Shown: one piece after another, positions 1 through 12,892 of the stretch | How positions within the stretch are numbered: the first letter of the stretch is position 1 | Layout of the letters: the number at the start of each line of letters is the position of its first letter | NCBI GenBank assembly: GCA_002189035.1 | Contig: CM007992.1 | Coordinates: forward strand, 2,914,001 to 2,978,000 | Reading direction: 5' to 3' | DNA: 64,000 nucleotides | Source of the DNA: Utricularia gibba | Taxonomy: Eukaryota; Plantae; Magnoliophyta | The notes under the pieces: generated by a model | What the model was told of the DNA's origin: nothing | Seen by the model: the letters and a program-made list of their open reading frames with translations, nothing else | The model's database searches: none | Translations under genes and position numbers: made by a program

Positions 1-1729
1 GAGAGCAAATCTTGAGGTGAGAATATCGAAAACGAGTTTTTTTTTTTTTCATCTTTGATGGATCATCGAATGTTATCTGATGTTTTGCAGAAGAAGCTGA
101 AGCAATATGAAGAAGCACTTGATGCCTCACCTGAAGATCCAATTGCTCTTGAAGTGAGTTGCCGAAGGAGTAACCGTATAATCTAAATTGAATGTTTTGA
201 CTACTCAACTGAATTGATGCCTTTGTGAGTTTGGTGTGCATGCATTTGAAACAACATGGTGTCTATTGAAGTCATCATATTTAATTCTTACAAACTGCAT
301 ATTGTACGTAGTAGGGTCTAATCATATATTGCTGCAAGTGCATCATTGCTCACATGATTTTTACCTGGGAAACGTATTCTGAAGATCTCATGTTAAGCCA
401 CAGTTGCAAAAAGCACTACTGAGCTCAATAAGAATCCCTTCTTTTATTTTTTTTCTCAGGGAGCTTCAATGACCTTAATGGAAATGGGGGAGAACAAAAG
501 AACACTATCATTGCTTGAAGACTCTGTAAAGGTTTTTTTTTTTCTTTTGTCTCATTCAAAAATGTTCAGATTGCTTATTTTTTTTAAATAAATCATCTTA
601 ATTTGCAGAGAATGCCAAGTAATCCTAATGCATTTCGCTTGCTTGGTGAAATAAAGTATGAGCTTAAAGATTATGAAGGAAGTGTCCTTGCATATAGAAG
701 TGCTGAACGAGTAAGTGCACTGTGGATCATTCACAGATCAAGAATATGCCTTGTTTCAATGCCCAGAAAATTCCATTAAGCACCAGGTGTCATCTTGTCT
801 TTTTGAGAATTTTTAATGTAGGCTTCAAGATATATTGATTCCGACATATTGGGAGGACTCACGAATTCATTGCTGGCTGCCAAAAGACCTGACGAGGTTG
901 CTGAAAATAAAATGAAAGAAGCTTTTACAAGTCTTAAAATTCTATTCCTGCCAAAGTGCCATGTTTTCATGGATCATCTGTTAAGTATGATGCACGTTGA
1001 TTATATCGAATTTTTCTTTATGTGTAGGCTGTGAAATTGCTCCTGGCATCTCGTGAGCGCTTGAACAATGAAAACTCCATCAGGAATGACGGAAGCACAG
1101 AATCTTCCAAATCTGATATAGATCCTATTCAAGTCAGTGTCCTAATTCATGTGACAACTCATGCTCTAAATTTCGTTTGTGGTTTAGCATACTGACGATA
1201 ACAGTTTTCCAGGTTGAGATGCTTCTTGGAAAGGCATATGCTGAGTGGGGGCATGTCAGTGATGCTATATCTGTTTATGATAAACTCATCGCCAACCATC
1301 CAGATGATTTCAGGGGCTACTTGGCGAAGGTTTGATACTTAAGTTCATTGCTCCTCATCTTCTATTTCATGCAAAGTTTTGGATCAAGTGCCCCATCCAG
1401 TTTCGACAGATCCATTAAATGCCTGCTTTCATTGGTCATGTTAAGATTGCTACTCAGGAAACTTACCTTCTACCATGAGCAGTTGGCTACTGTCTGAACA
1501 TGTGTAAATGATGCATGCAGGGAGTTCTGTTGAAGGAGAATGGTAACAAAGGCGATGCAGAGAGAATGTTTATACAGGTTAGTAGAGAGCACTCCTCGTT
1601 GTAGGCCAGTTTAGTGTGAAGTCTTCCTTCAGGATCAGACTCAGTTGAAGGTCTCTCTCTGTGAATGAACAGGCGCGTTTCTTCGCACCTGATAAGGTGA
1701 AGGCGTTTGTGGATAAATACTCCAGGTGA
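1..1729 (+). CDS. TPR-repeat protein, 3' part (multi-exon, starts before the window)
   Basis: GT-AG exons spliced by hand (first ones 1-16 and 91-153; stop TGA at 1727-1729) give KKLKQYEEALDASPEDPIALE/GASMTLMEMG.../..AFRLLGEIKYELKDYEGS../VEMLLGKAYAEWGHVSDAISVYDKLIANHPDDFRGYLAK/GVLLKENGNKGDAERMFIQ/ARFFAPDKVKAFVDKYSR*. TPR helical pattern; resembles a conserved plant TPR protein from memory. Confidence 0.85.
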
Positions 1730-1921
1730 AGTTCACCAGTTGTATGTGTATATATATACACCAAGCGTGGAACAGGTAAAAGCTGCTGAATAGAAATCAT
1801 CCTCATTTTTTTAACATGAACCGGAGGCAGAGTAAATACATTACAGTCTTTTCAATATAAACGTGGTTGTGCCTTTGAACCGAATGACATCACCCCACAG
1901 TTTACACTTTTAGAAAACTGT

Positions 1922-2220
1922 TCATTATCAATTTCTATCTCATATTTAGATAAAATATTTACATATAAGATGATCATTTTTTTATATTTATTTAAAAAGG
2001 TTGTCACTATCAATTTCTATCACTTATCTAGATAAAATATTTATATATCATATGATTATTTTTTATAAATTTATTTTCTCTCTCATATTAATACAAAATA
2101 TATTACACATTTTATCAAAATATTTTCTCTCAATTTTCTCATATGGTCATTATCAATTTCTATCACGTACTGAGATAAAATATTTGGATATAAGATGATT
2201 ACTTTTTTCTATTTATTTAG
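1922..2220. repeat. Three imperfect ~65-bp direct repeats (probable MITE interior)
   Basis: TCA(T/C)TATCAATTTCTATC...AGATAAAATATTT...ATGAT recurs at about 1922, 2004 and 2147. Confidence 0.7.
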
Positions 2221-2791
2221 AGAGCAAATATTAATATAAAGTATGATATTTTTTTACAATCACTTTATCTATCACATACCAAAACAAAAAATGTAGGGTT
2301 TAGGATGATCATTATCACTTTAAATTCATCCCAAAATGAGACAACGCTCCTTACCCGAATATTCCCCGAATAAACGTTAGGAAATGTTTTTTCCAATTAT
2401 TGGACTTTGATTTTAAAAATGCATACATCCATAGATTTTTATTTTGCTTTTGTCAAAATATTTGGCCTGGGTGGTATGGTTGGAACTTGGAAGCGAGTGC
2501 CAGCATGAAAATGAACGGAAACAAGCGTACAGATACTCAGATACATAGACGACGCAAGCCACATTTGCTGGAAGTTGAACCTTTCTTACAAAGTCTTGCA
2601 GCAACCGTACATTACCGGAAAGTTCAATATATGATCGTTGATGGCTTCTCTTAGTAGGAAGCCCACCTGAAAAGTGCCAAGGAAAGAGGTAAATAAGCAT
2701 TCTGAGAGGTTGCCGGAAGATGTGACTGGCAGAGCTACGTACCCATATCCAGACTTGTTTACAAGGGCGAGAGAGCGTGAAGATGGGAGTC

Positions 2792-4089
2792 TCAGAAGGT
2801 GCAGCCAGCAGCATCGAGGAGGTCATCGAAAGACCAGAGATCAACAGAGTCTCCATCTTGTGTAGTATCTCCCTCCAGGAAGGAATCAAATGAAGCATCC
2901 CAGCTGTTGTCAGCAAATGGAGCCTGGGGATTGAGTGATGGCCGTGGAATCATCTTTCCGGTCTTGGCTATGCCGCCTTCTGGCATAAATGGAGCATGAT
3001 CACCTTCAATAATGGGGCAGATCTCAGAGGATATTTCTGGAGTCTTGGCACAGTGATCGCCCCATCCAAAGTCAGAGCAGTCCAATGAATTGCTACCCTG
3101 GTCCGAGCTGAAGTAGGCATGAGCTGCATCAAGAGGCATAACAGGTTTGGGCTCCATAGGTGGCTTCTCTTCAAGGAACATCAGAGGATCGTAGTACTCA
3201 TTGTTGATCATCTTCATGAAATCCATTGTTTGATTTGCAGGTTGCTGGATGTAGTTTCGGTTCTCCTTCTGAGACACCTTCTGCTTGGCTGCACGCTTCG
3301 AAGAAACTGGCGCAGATGCACCTTCAGGGAAATTCACCTTTGCTTTCTTGCCTCGGATCCTTCTAGCCTCTTCATCATAGGCCCTTGCAGCTTCCTCAGC
3401 AGTATTAAAAGTACCGAGCCAAACTCGAACCCCTTTCCTTGGATCACGGATCTCAGCTGCCCATTTACCCCATGGGCGCTGCCTGATCCCTCGGTACTGA
3501 TTCTTCCTCTTTCTTTTCAGAGTCTTCACACACTCCTCGTCAGATTCACAGTCAACAGATCCCGGAACTCCATTTATGAAAAAAAAAATCAAATCAGAAT
3601 AAAAAGCTGGCCTAAGCCTCGAAGCACAAAGAAAAACATAAAGCTTGTCAGATAATTAAGAGAACATAGACGCAGATCTGGAATTATAACCAGATCGGAA
3701 CTCTCTCCAGAACATAGCCAATCCAGAACCATACGAGCAAAACATTCAGCATACACATATATAGAAGGCTTTAGTTGCTGTGATTACTTCATAAATGAAG
3801 CGCCAGGAAACAAAAAAAGATGATAGAAGGTTTGAGTACCCTTGAAAGTAAGGTCTTTTGAAGCGAAAGGGACAGTTGCCTCCAGTTCACCCTCAGAATC
3901 ATCTTTAAAACCCTGAAAATCAGCTTCGAAATCATCTTCCAGGTCAATCACAGCCTTAGATCTCTTCCCGTTGTCCTTCGCCGCAGGAAGATTCTCCAAA
4001 TCAGTACCCCACAGTAAATCCGCCGTCAAACGCCTCAGAGATCTCTTCGCCGGGAGGCGGAGATCGGAGATTATCGCTCCTCCACACAT
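2792..4089 (-). CDS. RAP2.2/RAP2.12: Group VII ERF transcription factor (RAP2.2/RAP2.12-like), 2 exons
   Basis: Starts MCGGAII (Cys2 N-degron of ERF-VII). Exon 1 is 4089-3840 (donor G|GTACT). Exon 2 has the AP2 domain [25 protein letters not shown]...[16 protein letters not shown] and the C-terminal DLWSFDD motif. The exon 2 acceptor is ambiguous (see findings). Confidence 0.95.
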
Positions 4090-4584
4090 CTCTCGTTATC
4101 GTCTTCTCTGCCTGAGATGAATTGATGATAAACTCGCTTTTGCCTTTTTGGAGAAGACGGCACTTTATTATTTTATTCGGAGAAGGTGGAGTGCGACGTT
4201 GACACAATCGAGGCCGTACTCGAATGTGATTTTCCAAAACTACCCCTACTCCACTAAAAAACAATCTCAGACTCTCAGTGGCCCCCCCCCTCAGTGACTT
4301 TTGCATTTAATGTGGGTAAGATATTTAGGTCAGAAGATATTTATCAACCGCCCCGGCCCGACCCACTCCATCATTGGATGTCTAATAACAGGTTCAGGTC
4401 CATGTCTTTCTATCAGATCTCACAATTCTTTTGCTTCTATGGCTCTGGCTCTGGGGCATGTGAACTCAGACAAGCAGCAGACTGCACATTCTAACCCGAG
4501 TTAATTGGGGAACTAGCCCTATGCAAAAAAAAGGTTTGCTGAATGGCTGTAAATTCTTGATTATTTAGTCTTATACTTTATGTA

Positions 4585-5375
4585 GGTATTAGCTAAATAG
4601 CCCAATTTTTAACATAAATAAAAATAATTAATTATTTTTTACGAAAAATAATAATAATAAATCAAATATACATTATATATATATATCTATATTTATTTAT
4701 TTATTAAATTTATATATAACTAATATATAACTAAAAATATATATATATAATTATATAATTTTAAAAATATAACATAATTAATTAAATATATGTATAAAAA
4801 ATACATTATTTAGAATATATAGTAATTAATGAAGATATCTGCAAATATTATATATGTTACTATTCCATTATTTAGAGAATTAAATGTATAATTAATCTAT
4901 TATTTAGTAAAATATTAATATATGTAATTAATTCATTATTTAAATAAATATAAATATGTACAAATAATATAGGTGTAATTGATTAATTTTTTACATAAAT
5001 ATATCAATGTAATGAATATATTTGTAAATGTAGTATAAATGTAATTAATATATTATTTAAAGAAATATATAACATATATAAATAATATAAGATCAATTAA
5101 TTTATTATTTAATAAAATATATAAACATAATGAAGATTTTATAAATAATGAACTATGCTACATAATACATAATTATATTTATAGGTATGTATTATTAAAT
5201 AATTAATTATGTTACATTTTTAAAATTATATTTTTAGCTATATATTAGTTATATAAAATTTAATGAATAAATAAATATATTTAAAATGCATATTTGATTT
5301 TCTATTATTATTTTTCGTAAGCAATAATTAATTATTTTTATTTATGCTAAAAGTTAGACTATTTTAACTAATAGC
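4585..5375. mobile_element. AT-rich foldback/MITE-like non-autonomous DNA transposon with long TIRs
   Basis: Left arm GGTATTAGCTAAATAGCCCAATTTTTAACATAAATAAAAATAATTAATTATTTTTTACGAAAAATAATAAT matches the reverse complement of the right arm (GCTATTAGTTAAAATAGTCTAACTTTTAGCATAAATAAAAATAATTAATTATTGCTTACGAAAAATAATAAT). Similarity extends at least 200 bp. TA flanks both ends. Confidence 0.8.
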
Positions 5376-6118
5376 TATGGCTGCCAGAGCATTCGAGCAG
5401 GTGGGATTGCCCTAGTGTTGGGTGATGCTTCACGGCGGCCGCAGAGGAGGGCACCGGATCCCGCCTGCAGCAAACCGAACTGAAAATCTTGGCTGGTTCA
5501 GGAAGGTAAAAGCGACTGCTACAGAGAAAGCTTTCAATGAAGCAATGAAGAATAAGGATCACAAGTTTGAAATAAATACAACCACAACGTAGAAAATGGT
5601 GGTTGGGGAAGGAGAGAGTAGCTCGTGATTCATACTCGGACAAGAAGGCTGGTAAAAACAAAAGCTGATACACTTTAGACTCTGGTACCCTTAAAAAAGA
5701 TTATTCATGGATGCAAATCCATGCTCTGGTGGATTCAGTAGAAGGTTTCCAACAGGGGTAATTGGACAACAGCCACAATAGCAAAATGAAACATCGTTCC
5801 ATTCAGATGCATCATATGCAAGGCATATATATATCTACATGGACCGAGAAGAGCATAATGATAAGGTGAACAAAAACCTGATATTCCAACAGAGAAAACA
5901 ACAAGGAAAAGAAAGCGGCCAAACCGAGCCAAGCATCTTCTTTTTGGATGATCCATCTACATCCATGCCCACAACCACGCAAAAGAGAAAAAGCCACAAG
6001 TAGGCAGATTTGCCAAGGAAGCAGCAAGCAGATGTTTGCCCACCAAACATAACATTATCAAGGCTTCATTCAATATCCCTTTCCTCATCCATTCACTCAA
6101 ATGGGCATCCCACACCAA

Positions 6119-7163
6119 TCAAGCAGATGAAAAATGTGGAGCGGGCGGCGGCGGCAACAGATGATGAGAGGGACGCACCTGATTACTAGTAGTCACGTTA
6201 CTCGGAGGAGAAGCATGTTGCAAAATGAAAGGATGTTGCAGTAGCCGCGCTGCACTCCATCTCTTTGCAGGCTCCCTCTGGAGACAGGAAGCAATGAAAT
6301 CCCTGAACTCCCTGGAGGCGGTTGCAGGCGCCTCAGGTGGATGAGACATGCAGATAGCCCACATAAGACTAGCCCAATCTCCTTGTCTTTCCACAGAAAA
6401 AGGAAACTTTCCCAAGTAGAATTCAAGGATGCTGACACCCAGGCTCCAAATATCCCCTGCGTATCCATCGTACTGCCCATGATTCAGATCAGTATTGATC
6501 CTTTCAGGACTCATGTAAGCTATGGTGCCCACAGAAGAATTACAAGCATCCATAGTTTGAACCAGAATTCTGGAAACGCCGAAATCGGCTATCTTGACGA
6601 TTCCCCTCGAATTAATCAGCAAATTTGAGGGCTTAACATCCCGATGAACAATTCTTCGCCTGTGCAGATAGTACAAACCAGAAAGAACCTGCCGAGCGAC
6701 GCAGGATAGCGTAGGCTCATCGACTATATGGGTACCCTCCAAGGATCCCTTATCCATGTACTCGAGTAAAACTTGAATTTCCCCTACTTGATCAAACAGA
6801 TTGTGGCATTTGACAACATTAGGGTTATCCACATCGCGAAGGATCTGAATTTCACGGCACATCTGAATACGCACCGCGTCTTCGTGGTTCCCATGGATTA
6901 CTTTCAGCGCGTACAATTTACCCGTAGGTCGATGGACGACTTTATACACAGTCCCCCCGCCCGCTTCCGATTCGGCTGACACGCTCCAGTTCCTCATATC
7001 CAATATTCTGCGGATTCTGCGACGAGGTCGGCGGTAGGGGTAGAGGAACCGCCACAGTCTGGTTACGCTGCGGCAACGGCAAGGTGAGATCGTTCCGCCG
7101 GCGACGGTTAACACGATCCACGGCGGTTGCGGCCCCCGTCGTCGGTGGTTGAAAAGGTCTCAT
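6119..7163 (-). CDS. MKK4/MKK5: MAP kinase kinase MKK4/MKK5-like, intronless; apparent 2-nt frameshift at ~6952-6962
   Basis: ATG at 7163. MRPFQPP...[14 protein letters not shown] (D-site) lies in one frame. [10 protein letters not shown]...VHRDVKPSN...[21 protein letters not shown] (T-x5-S activation loop) lies in another. The frames join in the Gly-rich loop G-run. Confidence 0.93.
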
Positions 7164-7822
7164 AATTCCCTCAAAAAAAAAAAAAAAAACCCGACGACCC
7201 AGCAAAGAAAACGTGTAGATTAAGAGGATTCCTTTTCCTTCAACCAAGAAGAAGACGAAGCAGCGGAGTAGGATAAAAGCTGGTCGGAGAGAGAGAGAGA
7301 CAGGATGCAAAATTTTGGATCTGAGCGAGGGAAAAACGTGTAGGGGGATTGAATTCCAGGACGCCGAACGAGAAGAGCATGCCCCATCCAGATCCCTCCC
7401 TGCTGCTATCCCTACTCTGGCTGCACCCACCCACCCAGCCCAATCGGCAGCTTCCTTCTACGCTCCCCTAATCCCTAGATGTGTACTTCGCCATGCGTTG
7501 AATCCATCCCACAGGCTAATTTGATGGGTTCGATCCAATTGATCAGCAGATGTGTCGATCCGGAAGGCTCCGATTTGGTGAGCGCCACGGCGGATCACAA
7601 AGACAGCCTAATCAATTCATAATGATTTTAACCATCAATAATTGCAGCCGATAAATTTGAGACATTCCGCAGCCATTTACGCACCTGATCCCGCTTCTGC
7701 TAACCATGGGGTCATTTTTTACTTGTACAATATTTGATATTTCAAATTTGACATTCTAAATAATTATGATTTATTTGTTTCCTTAATCAGTATATGTTTT
7801 ATTAGAGGTGGACACGTTTTAT

Positions 7823-8232
7823 TAGAGGTGGACACGGATATGAGTCAATTTGAATATTTACCGAATTGATCTATCATGCATCGAACTTGTTATCCAAAAT
7901 AGTAAAAAATGGTTATGAAACGGATCTATAGTACATAAGTATGTAAGAACTTAGTAGATTAGATGGATTGAATATAAATTATAAGTTAATAACAAAAAAT
8001 ATGTTTTCTTATCAAATGATTTAGATACTCCACTCCTTTGATCCCAAGACTTATGAATTAAACTCCATTCGTGTTAAAATATATAAATTATGTAATGATT
8101 TGGGTTAACTTAAGATTCGAGACGGGTCTAACATGTAGACTCATTGGCCCATACTCATTGAGTCATAATTTTTTATGTTGATTTGATAGATTCAGTTTAT
8201 AATTCATCAAGTTGGATCCATGACCACCTCTA
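7823..8232. mobile_element. hAT-like MITE (~410 bp)
   Basis: TIR TAGAGGTGGACACG ... CATGACCACCTCTA. Same terminus as the element at 16545. The left terminus is tandemly duplicated (20 bp, 7796-7835). No TSD found. Confidence 0.65.
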
Positions 8233-9333
8233 ATGTCGATTTTTTGCACAATGGATGGAGGAACTGCTTCAATGGAATGGTGACCATAATTTGTTTGTCA
8301 CGATTCACCCTCGTTTTTTTACAATATTATTCGTTTTTTTTCTTCTAATGTTAAGATTAGAAGAATACTTTTATTTAAGTATATTATCTGTATCATTCGC
8401 AATTAATGTTGGATATCATAACTGTTACAAAAATTCTAACCTTACTACAAAACTTCTAGCCTTACAGTATGTTACAAATGGTTCATTAAATATTAATAAT
8501 AAAAATGGATAAAATTATTTTTTATTGTTAATTATTATAAATCATATATTCTACACATATACTACACACAATATTATTTTAAATACACATGTAAAAAATC
8601 TATGTATCAAACATACTTTTAATCTATTTAAAAATGAATAATTCAATTATATTATTAATTACATTATCCTACTTTTATCAGATTAACTGAACTCATTTAA
8701 TAAATGAATTTATATTTCATGATGAATATAGGTTTCTTTTATATAGTGACCCTATATTTAAAGAATGTTTCTTTTTGTAGAATGCTCACAAAACAGGACT
8801 CTAAATTTGCATTGCTAAAAAAAGTAGTACCTACCTACGTCCTGCACCTTACATTAATTGGAAATATTAAAATACCAAGAAAGTTCACACACTCAAAGAG
8901 GCCTTCGATAATGACTTTAACAAAAAATCTTTTTCCAAACTCGGCGGCACCGTTGAAAGAAATTAAGGTTGCAGTTCGTGTGAATTTTTTCGTAAATTTT
9001 ATGTAATTCGTAATTATAATTTATTAGGTAAACAGATGACAAATAAGTAAGAGTAGTCTCTACTATCTATTTTTTAAATAGAATTTATTTTACAGTTTAA
9101 AATATATTATAAATAATTATATGAGAAATTATGAATTACATTTATATCTTTATTTTACATTTAAATGTTATATATTGATGTTGACAAATGATACACTAAA
9201 ATGAAAAACGTAATTTATTAGAATTCACTATATCACAATCTTCTTCAGTTATCCATAACTCATCCTTAGTAGATCTTATAGAATGTCCATGGATTGGTTA
9301 TTACTTTCATTCTCTTTTTTATTACTTAAGTTA

Positions 9334-9547
9334 GGCCGTGTTTGATAGTTAGATCGGTATATATTATCCCAATATAAATTTATCCTGATTGAAGTTATAA
9401 AAATAAAGAAGGTTATTAGTGAGAACAATTGAAATCTTAGAGAAAAGAAAAAAGTATTTCGAAAAAATTTAATCTCAATTACCAAACATGTTATTATTAT
9501 TTTACATATTGCGATATCCCATCTTATCTTTATTACCAAACACAGCC
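9334..9547. mobile_element. Tourist/PIF-Harbinger-like MITE
   Basis: TIR GGCCGTGTTTG ... CAAACACAGCC, flanked by TTA/TAA, 214 bp. Confidence 0.7.
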
Positions 9548-10244
9548 TAAGGTCAATATCATCTTCGTCACCACACTCTTCACCTTCTAAGTTCGACAAT
9601 TGAGAGTCATCATTAGTGTTAACATGACATATTATATTATCATATTATCTTCAGTTATCAAAATTTCTTTGATAATTGGAGAGGATGTTTTATACTGAGT
9701 TAAAATTTTCTGATATTGAAAAACAAAATTAAATTGAATATTTATGCTTTAATTTAATTCTCTGATAAAAAAAATTTTTCAACCTTAACGATGGGTTGAA
9801 ACTCATGTATTATAAAAAAACATTATGATATTTATTAAAAAAAGTATGAAAAGTATTTAAGTATTTGTTAATAACATAGTATTCATTTGGTTAATAATTG
9901 TCATTATCTTAATTTAAAAATTTTAAAAAATTAACTACTAATTTAAAATTATCATAATCTAAACACAAAACTAAAACATATGTTTAAATAAAACTAAATC
10001 AATTGTCTTACTTTAATACGAAACTATTTTTTGATTTATAATAAAATGGGTTAAAAAAATTTATTAAAATCAAACAATGTTAAAACCAATTATAATTGAC
10101 TTTCAAACGAATTTAATGGCTATTATTTTTAATCTATGCATTTTGAATAAATAAATAGATATTGATCTGGAAATATAAAATTTATGAGAAGGTGTCTTCT
10201 CCATCCAACAATTCCTGATCGCGAAAGTGTTAAATTTTGAAAAA

Positions 10245-10665
10245 TTGCAATAAAAATCCTAACTGTTTTACTTAGTGGCAGATATAATCTCCAATATTAG
10301 ACGTTTGAACCTCAATAACGAAATTGATTCCCAAACTTTTACTTATTGGTCACAATTAGTTCCCTCATTTTAAGATATTTTTTAGACATAATTTATTAGG
10401 GACAAATTTTGTCAAAACATTAAACAATAGGATACTGTCTGAGTCGATTTGATCCAATAATGAGGATCATTTATATAATATTGTTTGAGTAAACAATGGG
10501 GATTATTTTTTGGGAGGACTAAACTGCACGTTTGCAAATAGTGAGGATTTATTTTGCATGAGTTTCAAACAGTAGGGATCAGTTGAATGTGGATTTTAAA
10601 TAATGAGGATACAAAATGAAACTATGAAAACTAATTTTGCAATTATGTCAAAATTGGAGGACTAC
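10245..10665. mobile_element. Mutator-like MITE remnant with subterminal repeats
   Basis: About six copies of AAA(C/T)A(A/G)T(A/G)(G/A)GGAT spaced ~35 bp (10422-10612), with an inverted copy (ATCCTAACTGTTT) near 10257. Confidence 0.5.
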
Positions 10666-10693
10666 TCCCACCAGAGTCTAGGTAAAATTCAAT

Positions 10694-10899
10694 GAGCGTG
10701 TTTGATAGAAAATATAAAATATGATAATTAAATGAGAAAATGAAAACATGATATTTGATAAATAGAATAAATTATAATTCTTATAATTTATATCATGAAT
10801 ATGAAATAAAATAATAAAAGATAAAGAATTAAGATAAAATTATCTTATTATATACCTTTTGTATTTCAAATATAATTTATCTCTGTAACAAACACACTC
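10694..10899. mobile_element. Tourist-like MITE
   Basis: TIR GAGCGTGTTTG ... CAAACACACTC, 206 bp, AT-rich interior. Confidence 0.65.
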
Positions 10900-11659
10900 A
10901 TTAAAAAAAATGCCAAAAGGCTGATGCCATAGTACTCGAAGTTCTCAAAACGAAACTTTCTCCAATTACCCATGTTTCACTCTCCAAGTCTCTCAAAATC
11001 TACTTTTTGCATATGTTGTAGTGGTCCAAATTGTCAAGGTAGCAAGTGACGCCACCTCTCATTCACCAACTCGTAATCCACACTAGATTACCAAGAAATA
11101 TACAGATGCTGTTAGCTGCAAAGTAGTCTGAATTGAATTCAAGATTGTGGAGTCAAGCCATGACACTGAGTTCAATGCCATCATCACCATCCTTCTGTTT
11201 CATATGTTATTTCTGTTTTTTTTTTCTGTTCAATGCCACTGGTTGGGAATAAAAGGGTGCTCAAGCTGCATTGCTGTACGGGCGTCACTGTTTATGTCCT
11301 TTTGTTTCCATAAGACTGTTTCCTTTGTGTTGAGTTTTGTATACTTTGTGAAGCAGCTGAGCTGGGGCAGGAGTACTCCCCTTACTTGTATGCACTTTCA
11401 GCTGATTTCACTTGTACTGATCATCCAAGAAAAGGTTACGCAAGGAAACAAGTTTAATATATTCAATAAAAGGGCATACAGATGGTGGACAACACCACAA
11501 GTATATGTCTATGGACCTCATTATTATGAGTGATTAAGATGCAAAAGGTAGCGATCAGGAGGAAGACAGAAAACACCCTCACTCTAGTGTGCAGCACAGC
11601 AAGGGAAGATGAAGAAGATAAAGGAAACTCTCTGCGTGTAGAGCTGGTTTCCCAAGTCC

Positions 11660-12814
11660 TCATTTGTCAGGGGCATCAGAGCGTAGTGCTGAAGAGAGCA
11701 CAGTTTAACAAAAGATCAACAAACAGAACAAGAAAGCCAACAAGAAACCAGAGGTAAAGTATCATGGAAAAGGATACAAGATTAACTATCAATCCAAGTG
11801 TAACTCGTATATGCATTAAGTACGAGGACTCTGTCTATTAGTGGGTCGACACCACCATCACAGGGTGTACCAGAATGTGCCCACAAAAAAAAAATAAAAA
11901 TAAAAAACTCATTTTCTACAGAGCATGACTCGCTGTACAAGTAGGTTACCGAAAAAAGATAACTATCAACACGAGAATAACATGCACATATATGAGTCAC
12001 AAGGACTCTGTCCATCAGTCGACTATACCATCAAATGTTAAACCGTATGTTCTTATGAAACAAATCCCATTTTCTAGAGAAGAACCATCACGATTCCCTT
12101 TACAACTAGGTTACAGATGCATTGTTCCATGTAGAAACAATATAAGGGGATAGAGTAATTGTGTACCCAGCTACATTCAAGACATATGGGTGGTGCATTA
12201 TGGAGTTTGAAGGTATTGATGCTACTTCCGAATACAAATAATCAGCTCTAAGAACCAAATGCAATCAACGGGATCACCTCAAGAAATTTTTTTTTTTACA
12301 TGCTCCTATGCTTTCTGTTTCTAATTTACAGGGAAGAAACAAAGAATCAGACATACAAAAGAAACATCAAATGCAAGGGGGCAACAGAATAACCACCAAA
12401 TAGCATCTCAAAACCATCCTATGATCGCTATAGCAAATAAAATTCTACTTAGAATAACCAAGAAAACCCAACGGGGCCATAAGAAACCTTGCCCAATAAA
12501 ATGCAAAAGTGAAATCTCAGCAAATCAAGGCAACAAATGAAATTGGTCATCAGCATAGCAAATCCAACATCTCTAATATTGATGAGAAAGCATAAGTTTA
12601 CGAAAAACTGGAAAAGGGGAATTGAATTACTTGGTTTGTCAGGTTTGCCGTCTACCCATTTGGAAACAGAAAAATGAACCTTTTCACGGGCCAATGCTTC
12701 GGATCTGTGAGGTTCCTTCAAGCATTGCCTCACCAAACTCGCGCACAGGTTGGAATACGCTATATAAGTCATTCCAGCGGCTCTCCAAAACGGAACAGCA
12801 GCATTCGACGCCAT
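11660..12814 (-). CDS. ATP5E: Mitochondrial F1 ATP synthase epsilon subunit (70 aa, 2 coding exons)
   Basis: Exon 1 (12814-12631) gives [61 protein letters not shown]. Exon 2 (11688-11660) gives TLRSDAPDK*. Total 213 nt. Matches the plant epsilon subunit signature. Confidence 0.95.
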
Positions 12815-12892
12815 CTTCCTTTCTACGTATGGCCGATTTTTCCCTTCTGTGTACTTTATGCCTGCGAGAGCCGATCGCGTTCCAACCCAAAC

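Noticed and set aside
2413-3655. Overlapping ORFs 2413-2916 (-) and 3119-3655 (+)
   Set aside because: Alternative-frame or antisense shadows of the ERF exon and its 3' UTR.
5449-5461. 13-mer GGGCACCGGATCC shared with 45149-45161
   Set aside because: A single 13-mer match in 64 kb is plausible by chance and the flanks do not align.
5368-6050. Several 70-100 aa ORFs downstream of MKK4/5
   Set aside because: Hydrophobic low-complexity translations of T-rich 3' UTR/intergenic DNA with no family motif.
6952-6962. Programmed ribosomal frameshifting as an explanation of the split ORFs
   Set aside because: No slippery heptamer with downstream structure. The same G/C-run deficit occurs in six unrelated genes, which fits consensus error better.
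9276-9599. 107-aa ORF with an acidic N-terminus
   Set aside because: Runs through a Tourist-like MITE and has no recognisable domain.
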